Numbered from the stretch's first letter, positions 21,507 through 31,220 are shown. The stretch: 64,000 bases of DNA from an uncultured Chloroflexia bacterium (GCA_963754385.1 CAVWGE010000001.1:8575-72574), one strand, 5' to 3'. Made by a program: numbers and translations. The notes: generated by a model not told the origin, from the letters alone.

Positions 21507-24221
21507 ATGAGACTTGCTAAGCTTTACATTAATGGAGTTAAAAAAGAGATCTTGTGTACTGAAGATGGGCGGCTACTGAATGTTATCCGTAATGACCTTG
21601 GGCTTATGGGAACAAAAAGGGGATGCAATCAAGGTTATTGCGGTGCTTGCTCTATTATCATGGATGGAAAGGTTGTGCGCTCATGTTCAATTTCTATGAG
21701 AAAGGTACCTGATGATACTAAAATCATCACTATTGAGGGCATAGGAACTTTGGACAATCCACACCCTATTCAAAAGGCCTTCGCTTACGCGGGTGCTATC
21801 CAATGCGGTTTCTGTACCCCTGGAATGATTGCCGTGGCAAAGGCGCTTCTTGACGAAAATCCAAACCCGACTGAAGAAGAGATTCGGTATGCTTTTAAAC
21901 ACAATCTATGTCGCTGTACAGGTTATAACTCAATCATTAGGGCAGTTCAGCTTGCTGGCAAGCTAATCAAGGGCGAAGTAAAAGAAGACGATCTCAAGGT
22001 TGATACATCCAAAGGGACTTTTGGTAAGCGTGTTCCACGGCCGAATTCTCTTGCGAAAGCCACAGGTGCTATTCAATTCGGAAACGACATCAAATTGCCA
22101 CCAGATATCCTCCACTTAGAAGTTGTGCGTAGCCCATACCACCATGCGATTATCAAATCCATCAACACTTTTGAAGCTGAGCAAATGCCGGGCATAGTAG
22201 GCGTACTCACTGCTAAGGACATTCCTGGGACGAACAGACTCACGTTCCACGGCAGTATTCACTATAAGAATTACGTGCCCAATGAACGCGCTCTTTGTGA
22301 TAAGAAGGTTGGTGAATGGGGCAGCCCTATCGCTATCGTGGTGGCGGAGACTATTGAACAAGCAGTTGCAGCGTTGGACAAGGTCAAAATTGAATACGAG
22401 GTTCTTCCCCGTTATAAAACGCCAAAGGAGTCTTTAGCTCATGTAGCTATTCCAATCATCTCTGAATACGATAGTAACCTCACCTTTACGGGTTATTTGA
22501 AAAAAGGTGTAGTTGATAAGGAAGACGCAGAGAAATCGATGCATGATTCAGATATTGTAGTGAGTCAAAGTTTTGTTACCGCCCGCGAGCCTAATCTAGT
22601 AATCGAACCTGATAGTGTAATAGCTTTTATCGACGAAGATGACCATATTACAATTATGTCAAAAACGCAATCTATTCAAGATCATATAAATGAGCTCGCA
22701 CCGATTCTTGGCACTAAACCTGACAAGTTACGCTGGATAGAGAACGCATGTGGGGGAAGTTTCGGCGTCAAACACGCTGTTACTCATTCTGAAGTTTTTG
22801 CGGCACTTGCTGCCATGAAGTTTCATCGTCCATGCAAGATTGAATATTCCCTGTCAGAGGATATTTTAACTACTCCCAAACGAGCTAGAGTCTGGGTTAA
22901 TGCGAAAATAGGAGCTGCTAGAGACGGTAAAATAAAATGCTTAATTTACGACATCAATGTTGATTGTGGAAGCGTGGATAGCCTCGGCTCGATAACCGTC
23001 TATAAATGTCACGAATATATTGGTGGGCCCCATAATATACCCAAGGCTTATGGTGAAGCTAGACTCGTCCTGACCAATAACGCTCGATCTACTACTTGCG
23101 GCAGAGCATTGGGGGCAACGCAGACACAGTTAGTATCTGAAATCCTTTTAGACATGTTAGCTGAGAAGCTAGGGATGGATCCGCTAGAATTTAGATATCA
23201 GAATGCATGGAGAGAAGGGGACATTGGTAACTGGGGAGCCAAGCTTGATTGCTATCCATACCCAACAATGCTAGAGAAACTACGCCCCTTATATCAAGCA
23301 GCTAAAGAAAAAGCTCTGAGAGAATCAAACACTGAGAAGAAACGAGGTGTTGGAATCGGTGCAGGGCTTTTCGGGTGCGGATTTGATGACATCCCAGACA
23401 GTTCCACTGCTTGGGTTGAGCTAAATCCTGACAATGGGGTAACTGTCTATGCTACATGGGCTGATACGGGCCAGGGTGGTGACATAGGCATTCTAACAAT
23501 AGCATCTAAAGCTATGGGTGGTCTTCCACCCGAAAAAATCCGCGTGGTTTCAAGAGATAGTAGCCTAACACCAAACAGTGGTTCCTCATGTGCTAGCCGT
23601 CAGACATCTATTACAGGAAATGCCATCCGTTTAGCTTGTGAGTCACTGCTAAAAGCCATGAAAGACAATAATTGTAATAGCTACGATGATATGATTGCCA
23701 AGAGGGTTCCTCTCAAATACGAAGGGACACATGTTTGTAGAAAAGTTGTTACTAGTGATGAAAATAGCCAAGGAATGCCTGTTGAGAATTGGCAATACAA
23801 CTTGCAGATGGCAGAAGTAGAGGTCGAAATTGGTACAGGCAGAGTTAATGTGCTAAAGATGACGTCATTTGTCGATGCTGGCATCATCCATAATCCGATA
23901 GCTGTTGAAGGCCAATGTGAAGGTGGATCAAATATGGGGGTAGGTTTCGCCCTCTGGGAAAATTTTGAATCTGGTGAAACAGATACTTTGATCAAAGGGG
24001 GGATACCTAACTTCATTAATTCACCGCCAATAGAATGCCATTTTCAGGAGACTTTTAGACCAAATGGCACTTTTGGTGGAACCGGCGTTGGGGAGGGTGT
24101 CATGATAGGAGCTGCACCCGCCGTCATAAATGCAATTTACGATGCTTGTGGCGTTAGGATATGTGAATTCCCTATAAACAAAGAGGTAATTCTAGCAAGC
24201 ATTAAGAAAAGCAAAATATAA
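21507..24221 (+). CDS. Molybdenum aldehyde oxidoreductase, single-chain xanthine-oxidase family (MOP-like: two [2Fe-2S] plus a molybdopterin domain, no FAD domain)
   Basis: 904 aa. N-terminal plant-type and helical 2Fe-2S motifs (CNQGYCGACS; CGFCTPG; CRCTGY) followed by the Mo-cofactor domains. The size and architecture match the Desulfovibrio MOP-type aldehyde oxidoreductase. Confidence 0.8.
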   Translation: MRLAKLYINGVKKEILCTEDGRLLNVIRNDLGLMGTKRGCNQGYCGACSIIMDGKVVRSCSISMRKVPDDTKIITIEGIGTLDNPHPIQKAFAYAGAIQCGFCTPGMIAVAKALLDENPNPTEEEIRYAFKHNLCRCTGYNSIIRAVQLAGKLIKGEVKEDDLKVDTSKGTFGKRVPRPNSLAKATGAIQFGNDIKLPPDILHLEVVRSPYHHAIIKSINTFEAEQMPGIVGVLTAKDIPGTNRLTFHGSIHYKNYVPNERALCDKKVGEWGSPIAIVVAETIEQAVAALDKVKIEYEVLPRYKTPKESLAHVAIPIISEYDSNLTFTGYLKKGVVDKEDAEKSMHDSDIVVSQSFVTAREPNLVIEPDSVIAFIDEDDHITIMSKTQSIQDHINELAPILGTKPDKLRWIENACGGSFGVKHAVTHSEVFAALAAMKFHRPCKIEYSLSEDILTTPKRARVWVNAKIGAARDGKIKCLIYDINVDCGSVDSLGSITVYKCHEYIGGPHNIPKAYGEARLVLTNNARSTTCGRALGATQTQLVSEILLDMLAEKLGMDPLEFRYQNAWREGDIGNWGAKLDCYPYPTMLEKLRPLYQAAKEKALRESNTEKKRGVGIGAGLFGCGFDDIPDSSTAWVELNPDNGVTVYATWADTGQGGDIGILTIASKAMGGLPPEKIRVVSRDSSLTPNSGSSCASRQTSITGNAIRLACESLLKAMKDNNCNSYDDMIAKRVPLKYEGTHVCRKVVTSDENSQGMPVENWQYNLQMAEVEVEIGTGRVNVLKMTSFVDAGIIHNPIAVEGQCEGGSNMGVGFALWENFESGETDTLIKGGIPNFINSPPIECHFQETFRPNGTFGGTGVGEGVMIGAAPAVINAIYDACGVRICEFPINKEVILASIKKSKI

Positions 24222-24606
24222 CACTAAGTATTTTGAAGGGTACCGACTATTGGCACCTGAGGTCATGTCAACTTCTCTACCGAAATTACAAGTAGAGGAT
24301 GGTATCTGTTATTATGGATGCCATTATTTACTTCATATGTAAATCGTCAGGGGGTACTGACGCCGAACCGATTAGGATAGACTATTATAATCTAGTCAGT
24401 GCAGTGATCCCTGTACTTTAGCTTGGATTGTTGCCTCGTTAAACGTTTGCCTGTTTTGTTACTTCATTGCGCATTAAAGCCAAATTGTTAATTGAACAAT
24501 ACTGGCTTTGATTCAGAGGCTTCTAACGGTTAGATGAGCCCAATTAGGCTAATTGAGTTACTACCCACAGGAATGTCACAATTTCACGCTCAAACCACAG
24601 CTAACA

Positions 24607-24628
24607 TTTTGCTAATAATTTGCTAATA
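24607..24628 (+). repeat. Second copy of the 22-bp arm-type repeat, ~120 bp inside attR
   Basis: Identical to 2460..2481. Confidence 0.6.
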
Positions 24629-24746
24629 GACTGAATAAAACGGGTTGTTACCAAAAGATATTCTACGTATAAAATGGTTTTTAGGGAATTAACACAAAGG
24701 TTTCAAATTGAACGTAAAATGACGGTTTGGTATGATAGACGCCAGA

Positions 24747-24791
24747 CTCATAACCCGAAGGTCGTTGGTTCAAATCCAACCCCCGCTACCA
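24747..24791 (+). repeat. attR core: 45-bp direct repeat of the tRNA-fMet 3' half
   Basis: Exact copy of 2360..2404. It is not preceded by a tRNA 5' half. Confidence 0.85.
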
Positions 24792-24856
24792 GCCAAAGCG
24801 GCCGTCTCGGGAAAGTAGGCTCGAAGTCCTGGGGCGGCTTTTCTTTTTGCCCGAGG

Positions 24857-24890
24857 GAGGTCGTTGCTTCAAATCTAACCCCCACTACCA
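24857..24890 (+). repeat. Degenerate second copy of the tRNA 3' end (gaggtcgttgcttcaaatctaacccccactacca), a fossil att site
   Basis: About 85% identical to the tRNA T-arm and acceptor 3' strand, 65 bp downstream of attR. Confidence 0.55.
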
Positions 24891-25023
24891 AATATCAACT
24901 ATCATACAAGTAACCTTCAACTAAACTATTCCCTATATTGTCGCTGCATCCTCTATCCAGGCGATTCGCCAGAGTAGCTTCGATAGCATACCCATCTCCC
25001 AAATCTACTTATGAGACTAGATA

Positions 25024-26046
25024 CTAGCTTAATCTTTGAGTAAGCTCATCTACAGTCAGGAATTTCCTGGTGGTCTCTACTTGATGAACCAGTTCAACCA
25101 TCAGAGAATTAGCCGGTGTTGGAACGCCCATCTTCTTTCCTAAGTTCACGATTTCCCCATTCAAATAATCAACTTCCGTGCTTTTCCCTCTCTTGATGCT
25201 CTGTAATGTGGAACCTAGAATTGGTTGTTTACCTAAAGACTTGGCTTTATCCTTTACCATAGACGAGGAGATTGACAACGGCACTCTAGCCATTGTTTTC
25301 AGTGGTTCTAGTGGGAAGCCAGGTACGTCCACTGTTTTGATTCCAGCGCTTTCGATGACCTTTAGACTTTCTTTCGTCAGTTTGATGACCAGCTTTCGAA
25401 TCTGTGGGGACTGATAACTTTCTTGATACGATAAGCCTGTCACTCCTGGTATAGCAGTTTGCAGATTCCAGAGAAGCTTGGTCCAGTGCGCCGCACGAAT
25501 GTCCTCACTTATATCCGTAGCTATTGCTTTATTAAGCAATGCCGAGAGACTTTGTAATCGGTTGCCTTTGTTGCCAAAGGGTTCTCCTATCAGAAGGGCT
25601 GTTTTGCTGAATGGGATAGAGTATGATGCTTTACCTGGTTCAAGGAATTGACCATTAAATATAACAACGCCGCTGATGATATTTTCTTTTCCCAAAAGCC
25701 CGGCTACCTGGTCATCGCTCTGAACCCCGTTTTGCATGGTGACTACCTGAGTGCCAGATAGAAATACCTGCACTTTCCTGACTGAAGATACGACGTCCTG
25801 TGCCTTTACAGTTAGCAAGGCTAAATCCGGTTTGAAATCAAGATTTTCCGCAGCTTTAACCTGAATTACTATTTCCCCAGATTCTCCATCAAGGATTAAC
25901 CCGTTCTGGTTTATTGTATCAACATGAGTTTTCCGACCTATCAGAGTGACATCTTCTCCAGCCTTAGATAAAAGTCCACCAATTACACTTCCAATAGCCC
26001 CTGCACCAATAACAGCTATTTTCATAATAGTGTCTCCCTTCCCCAA
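25024..26046 (-). CDS. panE: 2-dehydropantoate 2-reductase (ketopantoate reductase, ApbA/PanE family)
   Basis: 340 aa. N-terminal Rossmann 'MKIAVIGAGAIGSVIGGLL' and the KPR C-terminal domain. Confidence 0.7.
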   Translation of the reverse strand: MGKGDTIMKIAVIGAGAIGSVIGGLLSKAGEDVTLIGRKTHVDTINQNGLILDGESGEIVIQVKAAENLDFKPDLALLTVKAQDVVSSVRKVQVFLSGTQVVTMQNGVQSDDQVAGLLGKENIISGVVIFNGQFLEPGKASYSIPFSKTALLIGEPFGNKGNRLQSLSALLNKAIATDISEDIRAAHWTKLLWNLQTAIPGVTGLSYQESYQSPQIRKLVIKLTKESLKVIESAGIKTVDVPGFPLEPLKTMARVPLSISSSMVKDKAKSLGKQPILGSTLQSIKRGKSTEVDYLNGEIVNLGKKMGVPTPANSLMVELVHQVETTRKFLTVDELTQRLS

Positions 26047-26156
26047 CTTGCTAAAAAATTGAGGACTTCCTGCATATTGGGGCTTAAGTTTAGGCCGCTA
26101 CCAGAAAGTTGTCAATCGCCTAAAAGTAGGTGAATCCCCCTTCCGTGAGTACGCCG

Positions 26157-26198
26157 CAGGCCTCGCGGGGGCCCCGGCGGCCGCGGCGGCGGGCCGTG
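26157..26198 (+). repeat. GC-rich core module of a multicopy mosaic repeat (copy a)
   Basis: 'gcctcgcgggggcyccggcggccgcggcggcgggccgtg'. The same core occurs at 28366..28420 and 32269..32322, with a diverged copy at 49636..49690. Confidence 0.6.
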
Positions 26199-26265
26199 AA
26201 GTGGTCGCCTGAAGGCGAGAGTCTCACACGAAAAACCTCCCCCTTTCGGGTTGCAATTCCCAACT

Positions 26266-26487
26266 CTATTTCTTGTTTTCCAATAAGGTTCGTATCGTCA
26301 TTACCTCATGACAGGTTATAATGAGTACAACCACAAGGGCCAACAGGAACCACATGATAGGCGTGAAACCACCAAACGTTGCGTTTAAAGCTGCGGTAAC
26401 AATGCCGACAATCAGCAAGACAACCGCCAGATAACGAGGAATATAGTGCCCTATTGGTCGCTTCCTTGATGCCAATTGATTCTTCAT
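26266..26487 (-). CDS. Small two-TM membrane protein (hypothetical)
   Basis: 73 aa with two hydrophobic helices. It has a good RBS and is driven by the duplicated promoter/leader module. Confidence 0.4.
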   Translation of the reverse strand: MKNQLASRKRPIGHYIPRYLAVVLLIVGIVTAALNATFGGFTPIMWFLLALVVVLIITCHEVMTIRTLLENKK

Positions 26488-26493
26488 GGTTAT

Positions 26494-26574
26494 ACCTCCT
26501 CACATTGTTTATGACTGTACCATATTATAACGCGTTGCTGCTGCGATGCAATGAGGCTCGGAACTCCGACCTGT
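26494..26574 (-). promoter_or_regulatory. Duplicated promoter/leader module, copy 1 (TTGCAT-N16-TATAAT, leader, GGAGG)
   Basis: An ~82-bp near-identical copy lies at 50689..50770. Both sit directly upstream of different small minus-strand ORFs. Confidence 0.55.
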
Positions 26575-26804
26575 CCAGGAACTGCACCACCGTGCGAATC
26601 AGGGCTGCCGCGGGTGCGGCCTCCCGTGTGGTTTACCCCCCAAGCTACCAAGAAAGATGCAGTCCCTCGGTCTCAGGGCCGCGTTTTTTCTTTACTTTAG
26701 GTAGCAGGCATTCCTTAATTGTTGTAGCCATAATGAGACAAAAGTTGCATACAATGACTTCGGTTTGGGCTAGAATGATTATAAATCATAAAGGGAGGTA
26801 AATC

Positions 26805-27155
26805 ATGAATAAGAGTCTTAAGATAGGCATTATCGTCGGCGGTATTGTCCTTGCCATCCTGATAGTAGTGCCCCTGCTCTGGGGAAGTATTTTGGGATGG
26901 CAGGGAAGAGGCTGGGGTATGATGGGACCGGGAATGATGGGCGGATTTGGTTTCGGCTGGTTTATGCCCGTACTCATGATTCTCTTTTGGGGGCTTGTCA
27001 TCTGGGGTGTGGTTGCTCTGGTTCGAGGCCTAAGTGGGCCGAAGCACTATGACTCCTCTGAGGCGGATTCTGCCTTGGAGATACTCAAGAGGCGGTATGC
27101 CCGGGGCGAGGTAAACAAAAAGGAATATGAGGAGAAGAAAAGAGAACTGACCTAA
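26805..27155 (+). CDS. SHOCT-domain membrane protein
   Basis: 116 aa with two TM helices and a Gly/Met-rich loop. The C-terminal 'ALEILKRRYARGEVNKKEYEEKKREL' is the SHOCT motif. Confidence 0.6.
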   Translation: MNKSLKIGIIVGGIVLAILIVVPLLWGSILGWQGRGWGMMGPGMMGGFGFGWFMPVLMILFWGLVIWGVVALVRGLSGPKHYDSSEADSALEILKRRYARGEVNKKEYEEKKRELT

Positions 27156-27170
27156 ATGGTTTATGCCCTA

Positions 27171-27228
27171 CTCATATTTGCAGGTATAGCCTGAAGGTCG
27201 GTGGTTTCAAATCCAACCACCGCTACCA
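27171..27228 (+). repeat. Degenerate att/tRNA-3'-like fragment (ctcata..cctgaaggtcggtggtttcaaatccaaccaccgctacca)
   Basis: Resembles the 45-nt att core with a 13-nt insertion and a few substitutions. Confidence 0.5.
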
Positions 27229-27243
27229 AGAAAGACACGGGCC

Positions 27244-27290
27244 CTCGGTCTCAGTGCTGAGGGCTTTTTCTTTTGCGACCGAGCTATCCC
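27244..27290 (+). terminator. Rho-independent terminator module of the mosaic repeat (gccctcgg..ctgagggc + TTTTTCTTTT)
   Basis: GC stem plus T-run. Variants of the same module occur at 24800..24850, 26650..26690, 49536..49575 and 36790..36826. Confidence 0.55.
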
Positions 27291-27441
27291 TGCCGCTCCC
27301 GTGGCCCACCAGGACCAGCCCCCTTCTACCAACGAGCGCCGTAGGCCTGCCAACCATCTGCCAAAATCTCTGTCAACATCATTGATTTTTACCTACTTTG
27401 AGGGTACACTAAGGTTATGAATTATATTAAAGGAGGGCAAA

Positions 27442-28209
27442 ATGGATCGTGTCAAAGGTAAAGTAGCCATCATAACCGGTGGGGCTAGCGGAATGGGTAG
27501 GGCGGAAGCATCATTATTAGCCAAGGAGGGAGCCAAGGTTGTCGTTGCCGACATCGACGAGGTCAACGGGAAGAAGGTCGCTGAAGAAATAGGACGTGAG
27601 GGTGGGAAGGCCATTTTTGTAAAACACGATGTCACCAGCGAAAGCGATTGGAGCGGGCTAATTAAGAAGACTTTGTCTGAGTTTGGGAAGCTAGACGTTC
27701 TGGTGAATAATGCCGGCGTCCTCTTTGCCAAACCGATTGAAGACACCTCATTAGAAGAGTGGCGCTGGCTTATGAGTGTCAATTTGGACGGTGTTTTCCT
27801 GGGCACGAAATACGCCATAGGAGCCATGAAGAAGAGTGGCGGCGGCTCAATTATTAATATATCCTCCTTTGCCGGTACCGTCGGCACCATTGATGATACG
27901 GCGGCGTATTGTGCCAGCAAGGGTGGCGTAAGGCTATTTAGCAAGGCGGCTGCCCTTGAGTGCTCCAAAGCAGGCCATAACTATAACATCCGTGTCAACT
28001 CAGTTCATCCTGGCGTTATCGAAACACCACTGAACGAGCCCCTGCGCAAGGTGGAAGCTATAAAGCAAAGCATGATAGCCAGGCACCCGATTGGGCATCT
28101 GGGTCAACCGATAGACATTGCTTATGCCATCCTTTATCTGGCGTCCGACGAGTCTAAATTTGCCACTGGTTCTGAGATGGCAGTCGATGGGGGCTGGACA
28201 GCGCAATAA
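27442..28209 (+). CDS. Short-chain dehydrogenase/reductase (SDR family, FabG-like)
   Basis: 255 aa. TGGASGMG cofactor motif, NNAG, and the S-Y..K catalytic triad (YCASK). Confidence 0.8.
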   Translation: MDRVKGKVAIITGGASGMGRAEASLLAKEGAKVVVADIDEVNGKKVAEEIGREGGKAIFVKHDVTSESDWSGLIKKTLSEFGKLDVLVNNAGVLFAKPIEDTSLEEWRWLMSVNLDGVFLGTKYAIGAMKKSGGGSIINISSFAGTVGTIDDTAAYCASKGGVRLFSKAAALECSKAGHNYNIRVNSVHPGVIETPLNEPLRKVEAIKQSMIARHPIGHLGQPIDIAYAILYLASDESKFATGSEMAVDGGWTAQ

Positions 28210-28247
28210 GGTAAATCGGTAACACCCTGGATATAGCGCGGATTTTT

Positions 28248-28318
28248 TAGGTGTCACCTGCCCACAGGTGACCAGAGTAGGTGACTCAAGTAACAGTCAC
28301 CCGAAGGCGGGTGACACG
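28248..28318 (+). promoter_or_regulatory. Cluster of GGTGAC/GTCACC inverted repeats (candidate operator)
   Basis: 'aggtgtcacctg-ccca-caggtgacc', then 'ggtgac-N10-gtcacc', then 'gggtgacacgtagg'. The last element recurs at 50793..50812. Confidence 0.35.
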
Positions 28319-28320
28319 TA

Positions 28321-28500
28321 GGAAGCTCCCGTGGCCCACCAGAACCAGCCCCCTTCTCCCCACGGGTGCCGTAGGCCTCGCGGGGGCTCCGGCGGCCTCG
28401 GTGACGGGCCGTGGGGTTTCCTGAATACCGCCTGTTATTTCTTGCCGGCCGTCCTCTGGAACAGCCGGATGGTCCTGAGGGTGTCGTCCGCGAAGTAAGC
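28321..28500 (+). repeat. Mosaic repeat copy b (GC-rich core plus the YFADDTL coding-like tail on the minus strand)
   Basis: Its 5' 55 bp duplicate 27300..27352, so the SDR gene is bracketed by direct repeats. It shares ~75-90% identity with 32269..32395 and 33773..33880. Confidence 0.6.
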
Positions 28501-28513
28501 CTTATGGGACTGT

Positions 28514-29884
28514 CTAATGTGCGACGGGCAGTGTGAAAGAGAAGCGGCTACCCTTCCCTTCTTCACTCTGTACTTTAATCCTACCCCCGTGTGCTTCCAC
28601 CAGGCTCTTGGCAATAGCAAGCCCCAGGCCTGCACCGCCAGTTGCTCTGGCTCGAGACTTGTCCACCCTGTAGAAGCGCTCAAACACATTCGGCAGGTCC
28701 TTAGCTGGAATGCCCTCTCCGGTATCTTTTACGCTTATCTCCAGCCAATTATCAAGCTTCGTGGCAGCTATGGTTATGATACCCCCTTTTGTTGTGTGGG
28801 TTATGGCATTATCTATGAGGTTGAGCAAGACCTGGCTAATCCGAAGGGTGTCAACGTTCACCAGCGGCAGCTTTTTGGGTAAATCAACGGATAATGATAC
28901 CCCTTTTGCCGTTGCCTGAGTTTGCCTCACAGCTACTGTTTGTTTCAATAACTTGATGATATCTTCCATCTGGTAATCCAACTTTAGCTCGCTTGCCTCA
29001 GCCAGGCTCAACTCCTGGAGATCGTCAACCAATCGTGATAGCAGGTTTGCTTCCTCATCAAGGGAGCAGATGGTATCTGATTCTGGTTTTACCATGCCAT
29101 CAGCTATTGCCTCCAAATAACCCTTGAGATTAGATAATGGAGTCCTCAACTCGTGGGCAATGTCAGCTATCATATTGCGGCGGAGTTGTTCATTTCGCTC
29201 CAGGCTTTCTGCCATAGAATTAAAGGCTCGGGCTAGTTCTCCGACCTCACCCTTCTCCTTAGAGTGCACACGCTGAGACAAATCTCCCTGGCCCAACTTC
29301 CTGGCGGCGAGAGTAAGAGCCTTGACTGGCGCTGAAATTCGGCGCGACAGGAAATAGGTTATTAGGAAGGCAACGGCAGCCGCCAGTAGCGCACCCCAGA
29401 GAAGAAAACGACTTATTGCCTGGGAGAGACTCAGCGGTGAAGGGAAAACCGCCGATGATTCGGGGCTGATATATAGAACCCCCACACTGTCTCCTTCCCA
29501 CGGTGGTGGGAAGCGCATACCCGGTGTATCAGGAAGGTATTGCTGCCCCAATAACTCTCCTTGGGAATCTGCGACTACTACCCCGCTAGAGTCTGTCAGT
29601 ATAATTCGTCGCTCATAGAGGCTCCCCCACTGCTTCACATAGGGTTGAATTCCCTCCCAGTCTCCATGCTCGTTGTAATAGCGGTTCAGCTCGAGTGCCA
29701 CTCTTCCAAAGCGTGCTTGCTCGCTTCGTTCGCCAAACCGGCCGATTTCAACCACGGCAGTATGACTGACAAATAAATATATTGCACCAACTGCAACCAC
29801 TATGATGAGGGCGAAGGCCATTAGGAGGCGAAATCGCAAACTATATATCACTTTGAACCCCTGAGAACTTGTAGCCAGATCCAT
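28514..29884 (-). CDS. Sensor histidine kinase (TM, HAMP, HisKA, HATPase_c)
   Basis: 456 aa. H-box '[12 protein letters not shown]', N/G1/G2 boxes and two TM segments. Confidence 0.8.
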   Translation of the reverse strand: MDLATSSQGFKVIYSLRFRLLMAFALIIVVAVGAIYLFVSHTAVVEIGRFGERSEQARFGRVALELNRYYNEHGDWEGIQPYVKQWGSLYERRIILTDSSGVVVADSQGELLGQQYLPDTPGMRFPPPWEGDSVGVLYISPESSAVFPSPLSLSQAISRFLLWGALLAAAVAFLITYFLSRRISAPVKALTLAARKLGQGDLSQRVHSKEKGEVGELARAFNSMAESLERNEQLRRNMIADIAHELRTPLSNLKGYLEAIADGMVKPESDTICSLDEEANLLSRLVDDLQELSLAEASELKLDYQMEDIIKLLKQTVAVRQTQATAKGVSLSVDLPKKLPLVNVDTLRISQVLLNLIDNAITHTTKGGIITIAATKLDNWLEISVKDTGEGIPAKDLPNVFERFYRVDKSRARATGGAGLGLAIAKSLVEAHGGRIKVQSEEGKGSRFSFTLPVAH

Positions 29885-30536
29885 ATGCTGTCTTTATATA
29901 CTTGGGGTGTCTGGAGTCTGTCTCCAGTTTCCGGCGCAGATTTAGGATATGGACATCAATGGTGCGGTCAAAGCCCTTATAATCATAGCCCAAGGCTTTT
30001 TCAACAAGCTCTGTCCGGCTGAAAACCCTACCCGGTTCCTTGACGAGAACTCCTAGCAGCTTAAATTCAACAGGCGTAAGATTTAGATGTCTACCGGCAA
30101 TGGACGCCTCCTGCTTAAGGAAATTCAGGACAAGTTCGCCACGCTTAATCTCTGCAGGGCCACGCTCTCCCGGCAGTCGTCTGAGCACAGCCCGGACTCT
30201 GGCTGCCAGCTCTCTCGGGCTGAATGGCTTAGACACATAATCGTCCGCTCCTAGACCTAAACCAGTCAGCTTGTCCTCGTCCGTAGTTCTAGCAGTGAGC
30301 ATAACTATTGGTACGTCAGATTCATCTCTAAGGGTACGGCAGACTTCAAAACCATCCATGCCCGGTAACATTAGGTCCAGGACAATAAGATCAGGGTGAC
30401 TCTCACGAGCCAAACGCAGTGCCTCGGTGCCATCGTAAGCGGTCAGAACCCTGTAGCCATCCCGGTTCAGATATAGCTTGACCAGCTCCACTGTCTTTAC
30501 ATCATCATCAACTACCAGGACCTTTTTACCGGCCAT
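29841..30536 (-). CDS. OmpR-family response regulator
   Basis: 231 aa. Receiver (DD..D..K) plus a winged-helix trans_reg_C domain. Confidence 0.85.
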   Translation of the reverse strand: MAGKKVLVVDDDVKTVELVKLYLNRDGYRVLTAYDGTEALRLARESHPDLIVLDLMLPGMDGFEVCRTLRDESDVPIVMLTARTTDEDKLTGLGLGADDYVSKPFSPRELAARVRAVLRRLPGERGPAEIKRGELVLNFLKQEASIAGRHLNLTPVEFKLLGVLVKEPGRVFSRTELVEKALGYDYKGFDRTIDVHILNLRRKLETDSRHPKYIKTAYGSGYKFSGVQSDI

Positions 30537-30717
30537 GCTTGCTCTCTTGAGTATACAACCTTCTCTATAATGTTATAACACGAATGTTAAGGAATTGTTA
30601 AGTCCCAGTCCATTTTAAGTGCTCATTACCTACTTTATAATAATTAGAGAGGGAGAGAAACGCTCTCCCTCTCTCTTGATGTGGTCAGACAAGTCCCCGT
30701 AATCGAACTTTGGTCAG

Positions 30718-31131
30718 CTATTCTGATGGGGGTGGGGCACACGGTCCACCCATACCAGCGAACCCGCCATGACCGCGGAAGCCAAATCCAGATGGCATAT
30801 CAGGCCTTGATTGCCACCAGTTTAGGTACTTGTCAGCCTGGTCCTGGGTTATCTTGCCCTGCTTTACCAAGCCTTGAAGGTTGGCTTGCTCCGACTCTTT
30901 CTGCAGCTCGCTTCGGGCCTGAGTGAAGGCATCTGTGAGCGCTTGTTGGTCAATGGCGACACCTGTCTTTTGCTGGTAGATTGTACAGACTTTTGCCAAT
31001 AGGTCCGTACCTAGAGCCTTGGGCTGAGTGTTGTCCCCATTGCTGGCAGCAAGTGCTACCCCGCTGATGCTTCCGGCTAGCAGCACAGCCGCTGATACCG
31101 CAATGATAATGAATTTCTTGCTTCGCCACAT
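30718..31131 (-). CDS. Secreted protein with a signal peptide (YckD/DUF2680-like)
   Basis: 137 aa. Signal peptide, then a Q/A-rich helical region with 'QDQADKYLNWWQSRP'. Confidence 0.4.
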   Translation of the reverse strand: MWRSKKFIIIAVSAAVLLAGSISGVALAASNGDNTQPKALGTDLLAKVCTIYQQKTGVAIDQQALTDAFTQARSELQKESEQANLQGLVKQGKITQDQADKYLNWWQSRPDMPSGFGFRGHGGFAGMGGPCAPPPSE

Positions 31132-31220
31132 TTCTGTCTCACCTCCTTTCTTTTAAGGTTAATATAAGCATAGCATCTGGATATTAAAATCTTATTAAGA
31201 TTTCGTTCGGTAACGAGTAC

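Noticed and set aside
21507-24221. The 904-aa Mo enzyme as a three-subunit xanthine dehydrogenase or 4-hydroxybenzoyl-CoA reductase
   Set aside because: It is a single polypeptide with the [2Fe-2S] domains fused and no FAD-binding domain or separate medium subunit gene nearby. That is the MOP-type aldehyde oxidoreductase architecture.
24674-24913. 79-aa plus-strand ORF
   Set aside because: It spans attR and the degenerate tRNA fragments. The sequence is tRNA- and terminator-derived, not coding.
27393-27968. 191-aa minus-strand ORF
   Set aside because: It lies entirely antisense within the well-supported SDR gene and has low-complexity, Ser/Pro/Leu-rich composition. It is a shadow ORF.
28435-28500. 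'AYFADDTL' coding fragment as a tmRNA tag peptide
   Set aside because: There is no tRNA-Ala-like acceptor/T-arm context and no stop directly after the putative tag. The peptide continues and is present in three copies.
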